64,000 nucleotides of DNA from an uncultured Oscillospiraceae bacterium (GTDB lineage Bacteria > Bacillota > Clostridia > Christensenellales > Aristaeellaceae). How positions within the stretch are numbered: the first letter of the stretch is position 1; each line of letters starts with the position of its first letter. A model generated the notes under the pieces. The model had not been told where the DNA came from. It saw only the letters and a program-made list of their open reading frames with translations, and ran no database searches. The position numbers and the translations under genes are program-made. The stretch is from positions 17,920 through 81,919 of the forward strand of contig CAYWOS010000007.1 in assembly GCA_964459985.1 (NCBI GenBank), written 5' to 3'. Below, piece after piece: positions 1 to 7,728 of the stretch.

Positions 1-660
1 GCGGATGCCGATGATGCGGTCGGCGTATTGCAGCGCCAGATCGACATGGTGGATGTTGATGACGACGGTGATGTTCATTTCCTTGTTGATGCGCTTGAAA
101 TCGTCCATCACGGCCTCCGCCATGATGGGGTCGAGCGCGGCGACGGGCTCGTCCGCCAGAATAATGCGCGGGGCCTGCGCCAACGTGCGCGCCAGCGCCA
201 CGCGCTGCTGCTGGCCGCCGGACAGCTGATCGGCGCGGATGTACGCCTTGTCCAGTATGCCGACCTTGTCCAGCGATTCAAGCGCGAAGATTTTGTCCTT
301 TTTCGAGTACAGCCCGAGCAGCACGCGCAGAATGCCCATGTCCGCCACGCGCGCCGAGAGCACGTTGTTGATCACCGACGTGCGGTTAACCAAATTGAAG
401 GACTGGAACACCATGCCGATCCTGCGGCGGAATTTGCGCAGCGCCCTGCCCTTGAGCGAGGACACGTCCACGTCGTCCACGGTCAATTTGCCCGCCGTGA
501 TATCGATCATTTTGTTGATCGTGCGGATCAGCGTGGATTTGCCCGCGCCGGACAGACCGATGATGGCGACGAACTCGCCCTGCTCGATGGACAGGCTCAC
601 GTCGTCCATGCCCTTGACGCCGTTGTTGTATACCTTATCGACATGCTCGAATTTTATCAT
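1..660 (-). CDS. phnC: phosphonate-type ABC transporter ATP-binding protein (PhnC-like), C-terminus cut by window edge
   Basis: Absent from the ORF track because it runs off the window. Reverse-complement translation from ATG at 660-658 gives MIKFEHVDKVYNNG. Walker A GLSGAGKST, signature LSGGQQQRVALA, Walker B ILADEP, and a PhnC-like NIHHVDLALQYADRIIG tail. Lies immediately downstream of the PhnD-like gene. Confidence 0.8.
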   Translation of the reverse strand, partial: MIKFEHVDKVYNNGVKGMDDVSLSIEQGEFVAIIGLSGAGKSTLIRTINKMIDITAGKLTVDDVDVSSLKGRALRKFRRRIGMVFQSFNLVNRTSVINNVLSARVADMGILRVLLGLYSKKDKIFALESLDKVGILDKAYIRADQLSGGQQQRVALARTLAQAPRIILADEPVAALDPIMAEAVMDDFKRINKEMNITVVINIHHVDLALQYADRIIGIR

Positions 661-756
661 GCTCGCGGCTCCAATATACAATCATGGCTCGCCCCAGCAA
701 ACCAAGCGGTTCCGCCGGGGCGAGCCGGCCTATGTGAGGGTTGTACGTTTGTCCGA

Positions 757-1791
757 TCAGTCGAAGATGGTCAACGAAGCACGGGTGCCGTCGTAATCGC
801 TGTCCGTCACGACCATGTAACCGGTGTGGCTGTAGGGCTTGACGCACGCCTTGCCCTCGTCGGTCTTGATGATGTTGAGGAACGCCTGCTGGATGGCGGC
901 CTTGAAATCGTCGTCGATATAGTCCGCGCAGCCCACCGAAATGGTGTCGTTCATGATCATATCGGTCACGCCGATGACCTTGAGGCAATCGAACACCGTC
1001 TTGCCTTCCTTGGCAAGCTCGGGATAGGTCGCTTCAAAGATCGTCGTCGCCCAGTCGTTTTGCCGCGTATCGGCAAAGCCGGCGTAGATATCGAGCTGGC
1101 CGGTCACGACCGACTCGCAGTTGCTGTTGTAGCTGCCGCCGAAGGTGGCGTGCGAGAGGCTCTCCACCGTCTTCTTGGCTTCGCCCACGCCTTCGCCGAA
1201 GTTCTTGTTCAGCCAGATGCTGGGATAGGTGTAGCTCGCGCCGGAAGTAACGGGACCAAGACCCCAGTTGGCGTCGTTCACGTCGTCCCAAGTCAGTTCG
1301 CCCTTGCGCGCCTTCTCCAACAGCGCGGCGCCCTTTTCGGTCAGGGCGTTGACATAGATCAGCGAACGGTAGCCGGACGCCACGTCATCCGATTTGCCGA
1401 CCACGACGTTCCAGTCGTCAAAGTTAGCGGAATCGACGCTCAACGCGGCGCGCGTCGAGGCGAGCGCGATCTTCACGCCGTCATCATGATACTGCACATA
1501 GCCAGTTGCGGTCAGGAAGCCGACGTCGATGGTGCCGGAAATCATCGCTTCGCCCACGACGGCGTAGCTGGTGCCGACGGAGATTTCAACATTCTTAACG
1601 GTATAGCCGCTCTTGGCCATCTCGTCGATCAGCATTTGCTTGAGCGGTTCGGAAGCCGTCATCATTTCCTCAACGCTGGCGCTGGGGACGAAGGCGACGG
1701 TCAGATTCTCGATCACCTTGTCCTCCGCGAACGCGGCGGTCGTGCCGAGAGCGAGAAGAAGCGCGAGAACCAGAGCAAGGGCTTTTCTCAT
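757..1791 (-). CDS. phnD: phosphonate/phosphite ABC transporter substrate-binding protein (PhnD-like)
   Basis: 344-aa ORF with signal peptide MRKALALVLALLLALGTTAAFA. PhnD-like segments TVAFVPS and GTIDVGFL. Followed by the PhnC-like ATPase. Confidence 0.7.
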   Translation of the reverse strand: MRKALALVLALLLALGTTAAFAEDKVIENLTVAFVPSASVEEMMTASEPLKQMLIDEMAKSGYTVKNVEISVGTSYAVVGEAMISGTIDVGFLTATGYVQYHDDGVKIALASTRAALSVDSANFDDWNVVVGKSDDVASGYRSLIYVNALTEKGAALLEKARKGELTWDDVNDANWGLGPVTSGASYTYPSIWLNKNFGEGVGEAKKTVESLSHATFGGSYNSNCESVVTGQLDIYAGFADTRQNDWATTIFEATYPELAKEGKTVFDCLKVIGVTDMIMNDTISVGCADYIDDDFKAAIQQAFLNIIKTDEGKACVKPYSHTGYMVVTDSDYDGTRASLTIFD

Positions 1792-1834
1792 CGTGTTTTC
1801 CTCCTATGTGTATTGGTCTGTGACTCCATACGAC

Positions 1835-1863
1835 AGTATACCGCATTTTTCATGCTTTGTCCA
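1835..1863 (-). promoter_or_regulatory. candidate sigma-A promoter for phnD (TGGACA-17-TATACT)
   Basis: Minus-strand reading: -35 TGGACA (1863-1858), 17-nt spacer, -10 TATACT (1840-1835). About 45 nt upstream of the phnD ATG. Confidence 0.35.
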
Positions 1864-1941
1864 CAGCAAACGCCGGCTGTAATTCTGACATATAACCGAT
1901 ATTTCCGTCACATTTGCGTAATAAACCGCGCCCGATTGCCG

Positions 1942-4881
1942 TCAGTCGGGCAGCAGTTCCCCGCCCCACCCGATCAGATCGTCCACGGAATAGCGCGGAT
2001 ACACGGCAAGATCGCCGTGTTCGCCCAGCAGCACAACCTCGTCCGTCAAGGGCAGATAGCAGCGCATATCGGGGATCACCGCGCGAAGGCGATAGGTTTC
2101 GGCGTCGACGTACAGTCCGGAATGCCCGTCTATTCCGATGAACATATACCCGCCGTCGGCGGTCACGCACATGGACGGCGCGTCGAGAAGCGACATGTCG
2201 GGCACGGAATAGCTCGTGATCACGCTGCCGTCCGCAGCGCTGACAAACAGAAATCTCCCTTCGCTCAATGTCAGCAGCAGCGCGCCGTCGCCCGGACAGA
2301 AACTGATCATATACGCAGCGCCCTTGGCAAGATCCAGATCGCTTTCCCAGCGCATCTTGCCGCTCTCGATATCGTACAGGCGCAAAACGCCCGCCTCGTC
2401 AAGCGAGGCGACCAGCGGGAGCGTGTTCCCAAGACAGAAGGGCGTCTGCATAAACGCGGTATTTCGAAATCCGCTCCTGACAAACCGCCACTTGCCCGTG
2501 ATCGTGTTGAGCAGCGCGAAGTCCGTCAAATCGGGCGAGTCCCCGCGCGTCATCCGAAGCATGGCGTACCCGTTCCCGCCGACGAAATATTCCCAGAAAA
2601 AGCTGATCGCCTCGTCAGGCAGCGCATACGTCTTTTCCGCCGCGCCGTTTATCCATACGCGCAGCGCGTTTTGATCCGTATTGGCCTGAACCTTGAGCAG
2701 CGCCCCGTTCGCGCCCAGACGGGCGAAACAGTTGCCGTACGTATCAACGTCGCCCTCCGCGCGCGGCAGGATCACGCTCGCCTCGCCGTCTTTCGGATAG
2801 AGCGTATTGCCGATCACGAAATCCATGTTATCATAGATATACGCGCAGAAAGTCAGCGCCGTACGCCCGATTGCGCGCTCCAGAACGATTTCCATGGTTT
2901 TCGTGTTCAGAACAATCGCCTGTTCGTCACGCGCGCACAGCAGATACTCGCCCGATGGCGACAGGCTGAACAGTTCGAAATCGCCGAGACCCGCCAGCGC
3001 GGCGGGCGTGACGCCGTGACCGTCGCCGACGTCGCGCAGGACGACGGCGCGCGATGAATCGCCGTCGGGCACGGCGGCGACAGCGCAGCCCTCCGCGTAT
3101 GTCCCGGCGGCGCTATACAGTTTTATATTAAGCTCGGCGACGACCGCGCCGTCCATGCCGACGACCGCGCCGTTGTCCGTCACGAACCGGGCCTCGCCGC
3201 GCGCTTCGTCCGTCCAGAACCCGGCGATGACATTGCCCGGAAGCGTTTGATCCGAAAGCGTTTCGCCGCTTTGCGCGTCCAGCGTGAGCGCGCGCGCGCC
3301 GACGGCGAAAGCGATTTGCTCAACGCCGTGCAGAAGCGTGACGCTTTGATCGCCCGAATACGGAGGCAGTTCCATCAGCCATTCCGTCGCGCCGGTTTTC
3401 ATGGAATAGCGCATCGCGCGCGCCTGCGCGCCGTCCATCACGGCGTACAGATCGCCCGCGTCCGTGATCGTCAGCCGGCCGTACCCGTCCGCCCGGCCTC
3501 CGGCGTACAGCGCCGCGCCCGCGCCCGATATGTCGATGGCCTTCGCATCGGCGTATCCCGCCGTCAAATCGAGCGCGAACAAATCGGTCATCTTCTCGTT
3601 CGAGCCAACCAGCACGGTCTTATCGGGAGAAAACGCGCCCGTTCCCATGGAAACGGTTTTGTCAAACCCGACGCGCCCGAGCGTCGCGCCGTCCGACAGC
3701 GACAGGAAGCACACTTCCTTCCGGCTCGCGTACGCCAGCACGGTTCCGTCGTCCGAAAGCACAGGCCAGCCGTTCATCTGCCACGCGTCGTGCGTCCATA
3801 GGATCTCGCCCGTCTCGGCGGACAGCATCCACAGGCCGTATCCGTCGGTAAACAGCACGGCGTTCATGTCGTCGAGGGCAAACAGCCTGTTGGCAGCGTA
3901 ATAATCAATCTCGCGCTCCCAGAGCAAACGCGCGCTCACGGCGTCAAAACACCTGATGGAGCCATACACATTCGTGGTCACAAGGCGCGTGCCCGACCCC
4001 GCGAACGTCAGGCTCATGATGTACAGGGACTGCGACACGTTCTGCGCCGGCTCGAACGCGACCGGCTGATAGGCGTACAGCGCGCGCGCCAGCGCGTACT
4101 CGGCGTCGGCGTCGTACGGACGCTCGCCCTTTGTTTTCGGCAGCGCGGCGATCGCGCTCCTGATCGCGCCGACGCGGTCGCCTTCCCCGAGCAGACGCAG
4201 CGATTCCGTCGTCAGCACGCGCGTTTCGCTGCGCTGCGCGGCGAGGAGCATGCGCGTGATATCGGCGTTCTTCAAAGCGAGCATCACGATGAACGCCGCC
4301 GCGACCGCGAACGCGGCCGCCGCAAGCGAGCCGAACACGCGGCGCTTGTACCTGCGTTCGCGCTGCGCGAGCGCGTCGTACGGGCAATCAAGGATCGCGG
4401 CGATCAGGCGCAGCGACTCGCCCTTGAGCAGGCGCAGCGAACCCCGCGCGGTCGCCGCGCGGATGTCCGCCGCCAACGGCTCGATGGGCATTTCGTCGCC
4501 CTCGCGCATGGCGAGGAGCGGCGCGGGGAAGGATTCCTCGGGCGTGCCGGACGCCAGCACCGCCAGCACGCGCTGATGTCCCTTCTTACTGACAAAATAC
4601 TCGATCTCGCGGCACACCCACAGAGATTTGGGCGTTTGCGGCGTGCAGACAACAATCAGAAATTCGGACTGATCAAGCGCGTGATAGATATCGCCTGACA
4701 GATCGCTCGAAAGCGGCAGCTCCGTCCTGTCCCGGAATACGTACCCCGGCTTCTTTTCGCCGTTTTTCCGCAGCGCGCGCGGCACGCGAAAATGCTCGAT
4801 GCGCGACTGAAGGCGTTCGGCGACCGATATGCTCAACGGCTCGTGACGATAGCTGATAAACGCGATGTACGTTCGATCCAT
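1942..4881 (-). CDS. membrane-anchored TIR-domain protein: N-terminal TIR, one TM helix, ~775-aa C-terminal beta-propeller-like (PQQ/BamB/WD40-like) domain
   Basis: The track ORF 1942..5409 is trimmed to the ATG at 4881 (aa 177 of the ORF), which has an AAGGGGA RBS. The upstream part overlaps the divergent gene 5044..7041. TIR hallmarks: IAFISYRHE, LIVVCTP, SLWVCREIEYF. RERRYKRR is followed by the hydrophobic helix VFGSLAAAAFAVAAAFIVMLAL. The remainder has recurring blade-like motifs (SARLLWERE, AETGEILWTHD, KTGATEWLME, ESGKMRWESD). Confidence 0.8.
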   Translation of the reverse strand: MDRTYIAFISYRHEPLSISVAERLQSRIEHFRVPRALRKNGEKKPGYVFRDRTELPLSSDLSGDIYHALDQSEFLIVVCTPQTPKSLWVCREIEYFVSKKGHQRVLAVLASGTPEESFPAPLLAMREGDEMPIEPLAADIRAATARGSLRLLKGESLRLIAAILDCPYDALAQRERRYKRRVFGSLAAAAFAVAAAFIVMLALKNADITRMLLAAQRSETRVLTTESLRLLGEGDRVGAIRSAIAALPKTKGERPYDADAEYALARALYAYQPVAFEPAQNVSQSLYIMSLTFAGSGTRLVTTNVYGSIRCFDAVSARLLWEREIDYYAANRLFALDDMNAVLFTDGYGLWMLSAETGEILWTHDAWQMNGWPVLSDDGTVLAYASRKEVCFLSLSDGATLGRVGFDKTVSMGTGAFSPDKTVLVGSNEKMTDLFALDLTAGYADAKAIDISGAGAALYAGGRADGYGRLTITDAGDLYAVMDGAQARAMRYSMKTGATEWLMELPPYSGDQSVTLLHGVEQIAFAVGARALTLDAQSGETLSDQTLPGNVIAGFWTDEARGEARFVTDNGAVVGMDGAVVAELNIKLYSAAGTYAEGCAVAAVPDGDSSRAVVLRDVGDGHGVTPAALAGLGDFELFSLSPSGEYLLCARDEQAIVLNTKTMEIVLERAIGRTALTFCAYIYDNMDFVIGNTLYPKDGEASVILPRAEGDVDTYGNCFARLGANGALLKVQANTDQNALRVWINGAAEKTYALPDEAISFFWEYFVGGNGYAMLRMTRGDSPDLTDFALLNTITGKWRFVRSGFRNTAFMQTPFCLGNTLPLVASLDEAGVLRLYDIESGKMRWESDLDLAKGAAYMISFCPGDGALLLTLSEGRFLFVSAADGSVITSYSVPDMSLLDAPSMCVTADGGYMFIGIDGHSGLYVDAETYRLRAVIPDMRCYLPLTDEVVLLGEHGDLAVYPRYSVDDLIGWGGELLPD

Positions 4882-4912
4882 GCGGACATCCCCTTCTTTT
4901 GTATCTGCGCGT

Positions 4913-4941
4913 ATTATACCGTTCCGGCCATGAATGCGCAA
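4913..4941 (-). promoter_or_regulatory. candidate sigma-A promoter of the TIR gene (TTGCGC-17-TATAAT)
   Basis: Minus-strand -35 TTGCGC (4941-4936), 17-nt spacer, -10 TATAAT (4918-4913). About 30 nt upstream of the ATG at 4881. Confidence 0.45.
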
Positions 4942-4981
4942 GCGTTTTCCGCGCGGCGGCGGGGCGGGTGAAATTTCCACG

Positions 4982-5010
4982 TTGCGCGGCGGGCAAATGT
5001 ATGCTAATGT
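4982..5010 (+). promoter_or_regulatory. weak candidate promoter for the GH120-like gene (TTGCGC-17-TAATGT)
   Basis: -35 at 4982-4987 and -10 at 5005-5010. AGGGGG RBS before the ATG at 5044. Confidence 0.3.
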
Positions 5011-5043
5011 GGGGAGCGATCGGAAGAACAGGGGGCGTTTGAT

Positions 5044-7041
5044 ATGATCTATTGCGTTGACGGGACGGCGCCGCGGACGGGCTGCGGAAGTCCCGAAGCG
5101 CCTTTCAGAACCATCGGCGAGGCGGCGCGGGCGGCGCTGCCGGGCGACGAAATCGTGATCGCGCCGGGGATCTACCGCGAATCGGTCGATCCGCCGCGCG
5201 GCGGCACGCCGGAAAAGCGCATCGTTTACCGCGCGAAAACGCCGGGGCAGGCCGTCCTGTCGGGGGCGGAAATCCTGAACGGATGGACGCGCGCGGGGGG
5301 AGACGTCTGGAAGGCCGTGATTCGCGGCGCTTTCACGCCGGACGACAATCCCTATACCGATTGCATTGACGGCGACTGGTTCTACAAAGACGCGGTGCGC
5401 CCGCTCCACAGGGGACAGGTGTTTGCGGACGACCGGCCGCTGATCGAGGCGGACGCCGGGGAGATTTCCGCGCCGACCGACGATATGCGGCTTTCATGCC
5501 CCGAGGGCTGCTGGCGCGCCGAGCAGACGGGCGAGGAAACGGCGTTTTACGTCAATCTTTACGGGCGCGACCCGCGCGCGGCCGTCATGGAATACACGGC
5601 GCGGCGGACGGTTTTCCATCCCGAAAAGACGCATATCGATTACATCACGCTGTCGGGGCTGGTGCTGTGCAAATCGGCCTGCCAGTGGGCGCCGCCCACC
5701 GCCCGTCAGGAGGGGCTGACCGGCCCCAACTGGGCGAAGGGCTGGGTGATCGAGGACTGCGAGGTCTACGGCGCGCGGTGCGTGGGGATCACAGTGGGCA
5801 AGCACGCGGAACCCGATTTTGACAACGAATGGACGAAAAAGCGGCGCAGGCACGGCGCGCAGACGCAGCGCGACACCGTCCTCCGGGCGCTGAACAACGG
5901 CTGGAGCAAAGAAACGATCGGCTGGCACGTCATCAGGCGCTGCCACATCCACGACTGCGGGCAGGCGGGCATCGCCGGGCACATGGGCGGCGCGTTTTCC
6001 GTCATCGAGGACAACCGCATTCATCATATCAATATGCCGCAGGAGCTGCAGGGCGCCGAGATCGGCGGCATCAAGCTGCACGCCGCCATCGACACCGTCC
6101 TTCGCAATAACCGAATCCATCACTGCACGCGCGGCATCTGGCTCGACTGGCAGGCGCAGGGCACGCGGGTGACGGGCAACATTCTCCACCACAACGAACC
6201 GCCCCGGGATCTGCCGATCAAAACGCAGCTCTGTCTGGGCGAGGATCTGTTCGTCGAGGTTTCGCACGGCCCCACGCTGATCGATCACAACCTGCTTTTG
6301 TCGCCCTGCGCGGGGCGCGTCAGCACGCAGGGCATCGCCTTTGCCCACAACCTGATCGCCGGCTCGCTGACCTTCGTGGGCGCGGGCACGAACAACGCCG
6401 GCCTCGACCATCCCGAATCGGCGCGTTATACCCCTTATCACGAACCGCACGACACAAAAATCGCCGGCTTTATGACCATACTGCACGGCGACGCGCGGTT
6501 TTACAACAACATCTTCGTTCAGCAGCCCGAGGACGCGCGCCTGTCGGCGTATATGGCGGGAAGCGGCAAGGCGGGCATGAACGGGATGCATTTGCGCTGC
6601 GGCACGGCGCCCTACGACGGCTATCCGACGCCCGAAGCGTACTTCGCCCGGTTCACGGAGGAAAACGTGCGGAGCAACCGCGCCATGTATTACGACAGGC
6701 TGCCTGTGTACGCCGGGGGCAACGTCTATTTCAACGGCGCGCGCCCCTGCGGCGCGGACGCGGACGCGGCGGTTGCGCGGGAAGCGGTCGGTTTCCGCAT
6801 GGAAAGCCGCGGCGGGGCATGGTATCTGATCACCGACGTTTTTTCGTCGCTGCCGCCCCGCAGCGCGCCCCTGATCGATACGGACAGGCTGGGAAAGGCG
6901 TTCGAGAGCGATCAGGCGTTTGACCGGCCCGACGGCGGCTTCCTGACGCTCGACCGCGACATGCTCGGCGTCCGGCGCGGGGAAACGTGCCTGTGCGGAC
7001 CCTTCGAGACGCCGCCGAAGGGCGATATCGCGCTGGATTGA
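5044..7041 (+). CDS. cytoplasmic right-handed parallel beta-helix glycosidase, GH120-like (XylC-type beta-xylosidase family), paralogue 1
   Basis: 665 aa, no signal peptide. Motifs: PFRTIGEAA..GDEIVIAPGIYRE, WAPPTA, NGWSKETIGWHVIR, GIKLHAAID, WLDWQAQGTRV, FVEVSHGP, AGFMTILHGDARFYNNIF. These match my recollection of Thermoanaerobacterium XylC (GH120). Roughly 45-50% identical by eye to 29337..31331. Confidence 0.6.
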   Translation: MIYCVDGTAPRTGCGSPEAPFRTIGEAARAALPGDEIVIAPGIYRESVDPPRGGTPEKRIVYRAKTPGQAVLSGAEILNGWTRAGGDVWKAVIRGAFTPDDNPYTDCIDGDWFYKDAVRPLHRGQVFADDRPLIEADAGEISAPTDDMRLSCPEGCWRAEQTGEETAFYVNLYGRDPRAAVMEYTARRTVFHPEKTHIDYITLSGLVLCKSACQWAPPTARQEGLTGPNWAKGWVIEDCEVYGARCVGITVGKHAEPDFDNEWTKKRRRHGAQTQRDTVLRALNNGWSKETIGWHVIRRCHIHDCGQAGIAGHMGGAFSVIEDNRIHHINMPQELQGAEIGGIKLHAAIDTVLRNNRIHHCTRGIWLDWQAQGTRVTGNILHHNEPPRDLPIKTQLCLGEDLFVEVSHGPTLIDHNLLLSPCAGRVSTQGIAFAHNLIAGSLTFVGAGTNNAGLDHPESARYTPYHEPHDTKIAGFMTILHGDARFYNNIFVQQPEDARLSAYMAGSGKAGMNGMHLRCGTAPYDGYPTPEAYFARFTEENVRSNRAMYYDRLPVYAGGNVYFNGARPCGADADAAVAREAVGFRMESRGGAWYLITDVFSSLPPRSAPLIDTDRLGKAFESDQAFDRPDGGFLTLDRDMLGVRRGETCLCGPFETPPKGDIALD

Positions 7042-7725
7042 TCAGCGCTTTTGCATGATCGCGGCGATCTGGGCGAAGTTCACCTGATTGAGCACGGCGA
7101 TGACATCCTTCATCCGCTTCATCTCAAATTTCTTGAGGATGCTGTTGACCTGACTTTTGATGGTCACTTCCGACACAAAGCGCGTCTTGGCGACCTCGCG
7201 GTACGAATCGCCGTTGTATATGCAGCAGAGCACTTCGAATTCGCTGTTGGTCATCTTGGTCAGAATATTGAGGATATACAAAAGGCTCGCCTTTTCGTCC
7301 TGAATGCGCTGAAACTCGGTGACGATCTTGGTGGCGACGTCGCTGCGGAGCTGGAGCTGGTTCTGGCTGACCTTTTCAATGGACGAGACGATCTTGGAGA
7401 TCGAATCGGTCTTGACGATGTAGTCCATCGCGCCGCTCGAATACGCCTGAAAGAGCATTTCGTCGTCCGAATGGATGGTCAGGATGATGATTTTGCAGCC
7501 GGGCAGCGTTTTATGAATGATGCGCGTGGCGTCGATGCCCGCCGTTTCGGTCTCCATCTGGATATCCATCAGGATGATGTCGGGGCGCTCGCGCGTGGCG
7601 AGCATCAGGCAGTCCCTGCCGCTTTCCGCCTCGCCCACGACCGTGAAATTCGGCTCGCGGTTCAGAATGCCGCGAAAATAGGCGCGAATCTCGGCGTTAT
7701 CGTCCGCCAACAAGATTCTGATCAT
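7042..7725 (-). CDS. response regulator, REC + LuxR/NarL-type HTH
   Basis: 227 aa. REC: MIRILLADDN, ILMDIQME. C-terminal HTH: SEFEVLCCIYNGDSYREVAKTRFVSEVTIKSQVNSILKKF. Lies 3 nt downstream of the kinase gene. Confidence 0.85.
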   Translation of the reverse strand: MIRILLADDNAEIRAYFRGILNREPNFTVVGEAESGRDCLMLATRERPDIILMDIQMETETAGIDATRIIHKTLPGCKIIILTIHSDDEMLFQAYSSGAMDYIVKTDSISKIVSSIEKVSQNQLQLRSDVATKIVTEFQRIQDEKASLLYILNILTKMTNSEFEVLCCIYNGDSYREVAKTRFVSEVTIKSQVNSILKKFEMKRMKDVIAVLNQVNFAQIAAIMQKR

Positions 7726-7728
7726 GGT

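Noticed and set aside
28-3057. Very long ORFs antisense to recognisable genes: 28..3057 (+), 7051..9300 (+), 12740..14806 (-), 24482..26008 (-), 29313..31400 (+), 36807..39950 (-), 46512..49712 (+), 58078..61842 (+).
   Set aside because: Their translations are Arg/Ala/Gly/His/Asp-rich and low in complexity, with no motifs. Each lies opposite an ORF with clear family signatures. This is typical stop-codon depletion in GC-rich DNA, not overlapping genes.
1942-4881. The TIR gene as part of a Thoeris-like or other known multi-gene defence system or defence island.
   Set aside because: There is no ThsA-like (SIR2, Macro or SLOG) effector, and no nuclease, ATPase or other defence genes nearby. The neighbours are phosphonate transport and glycosidase genes. 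It is kept only as a stand-alone candidate.
4882-5409. N-terminal 176-aa extension of the TIR ORF (track 1942..5409).
   Set aside because: The extension is Arg/Pro-rich, overlaps the divergent GH120-like gene and both promoters, and has no RBS. The internal ATG at 4881 has an RBS and a promoter and begins exactly at the TIR beta-A strand.
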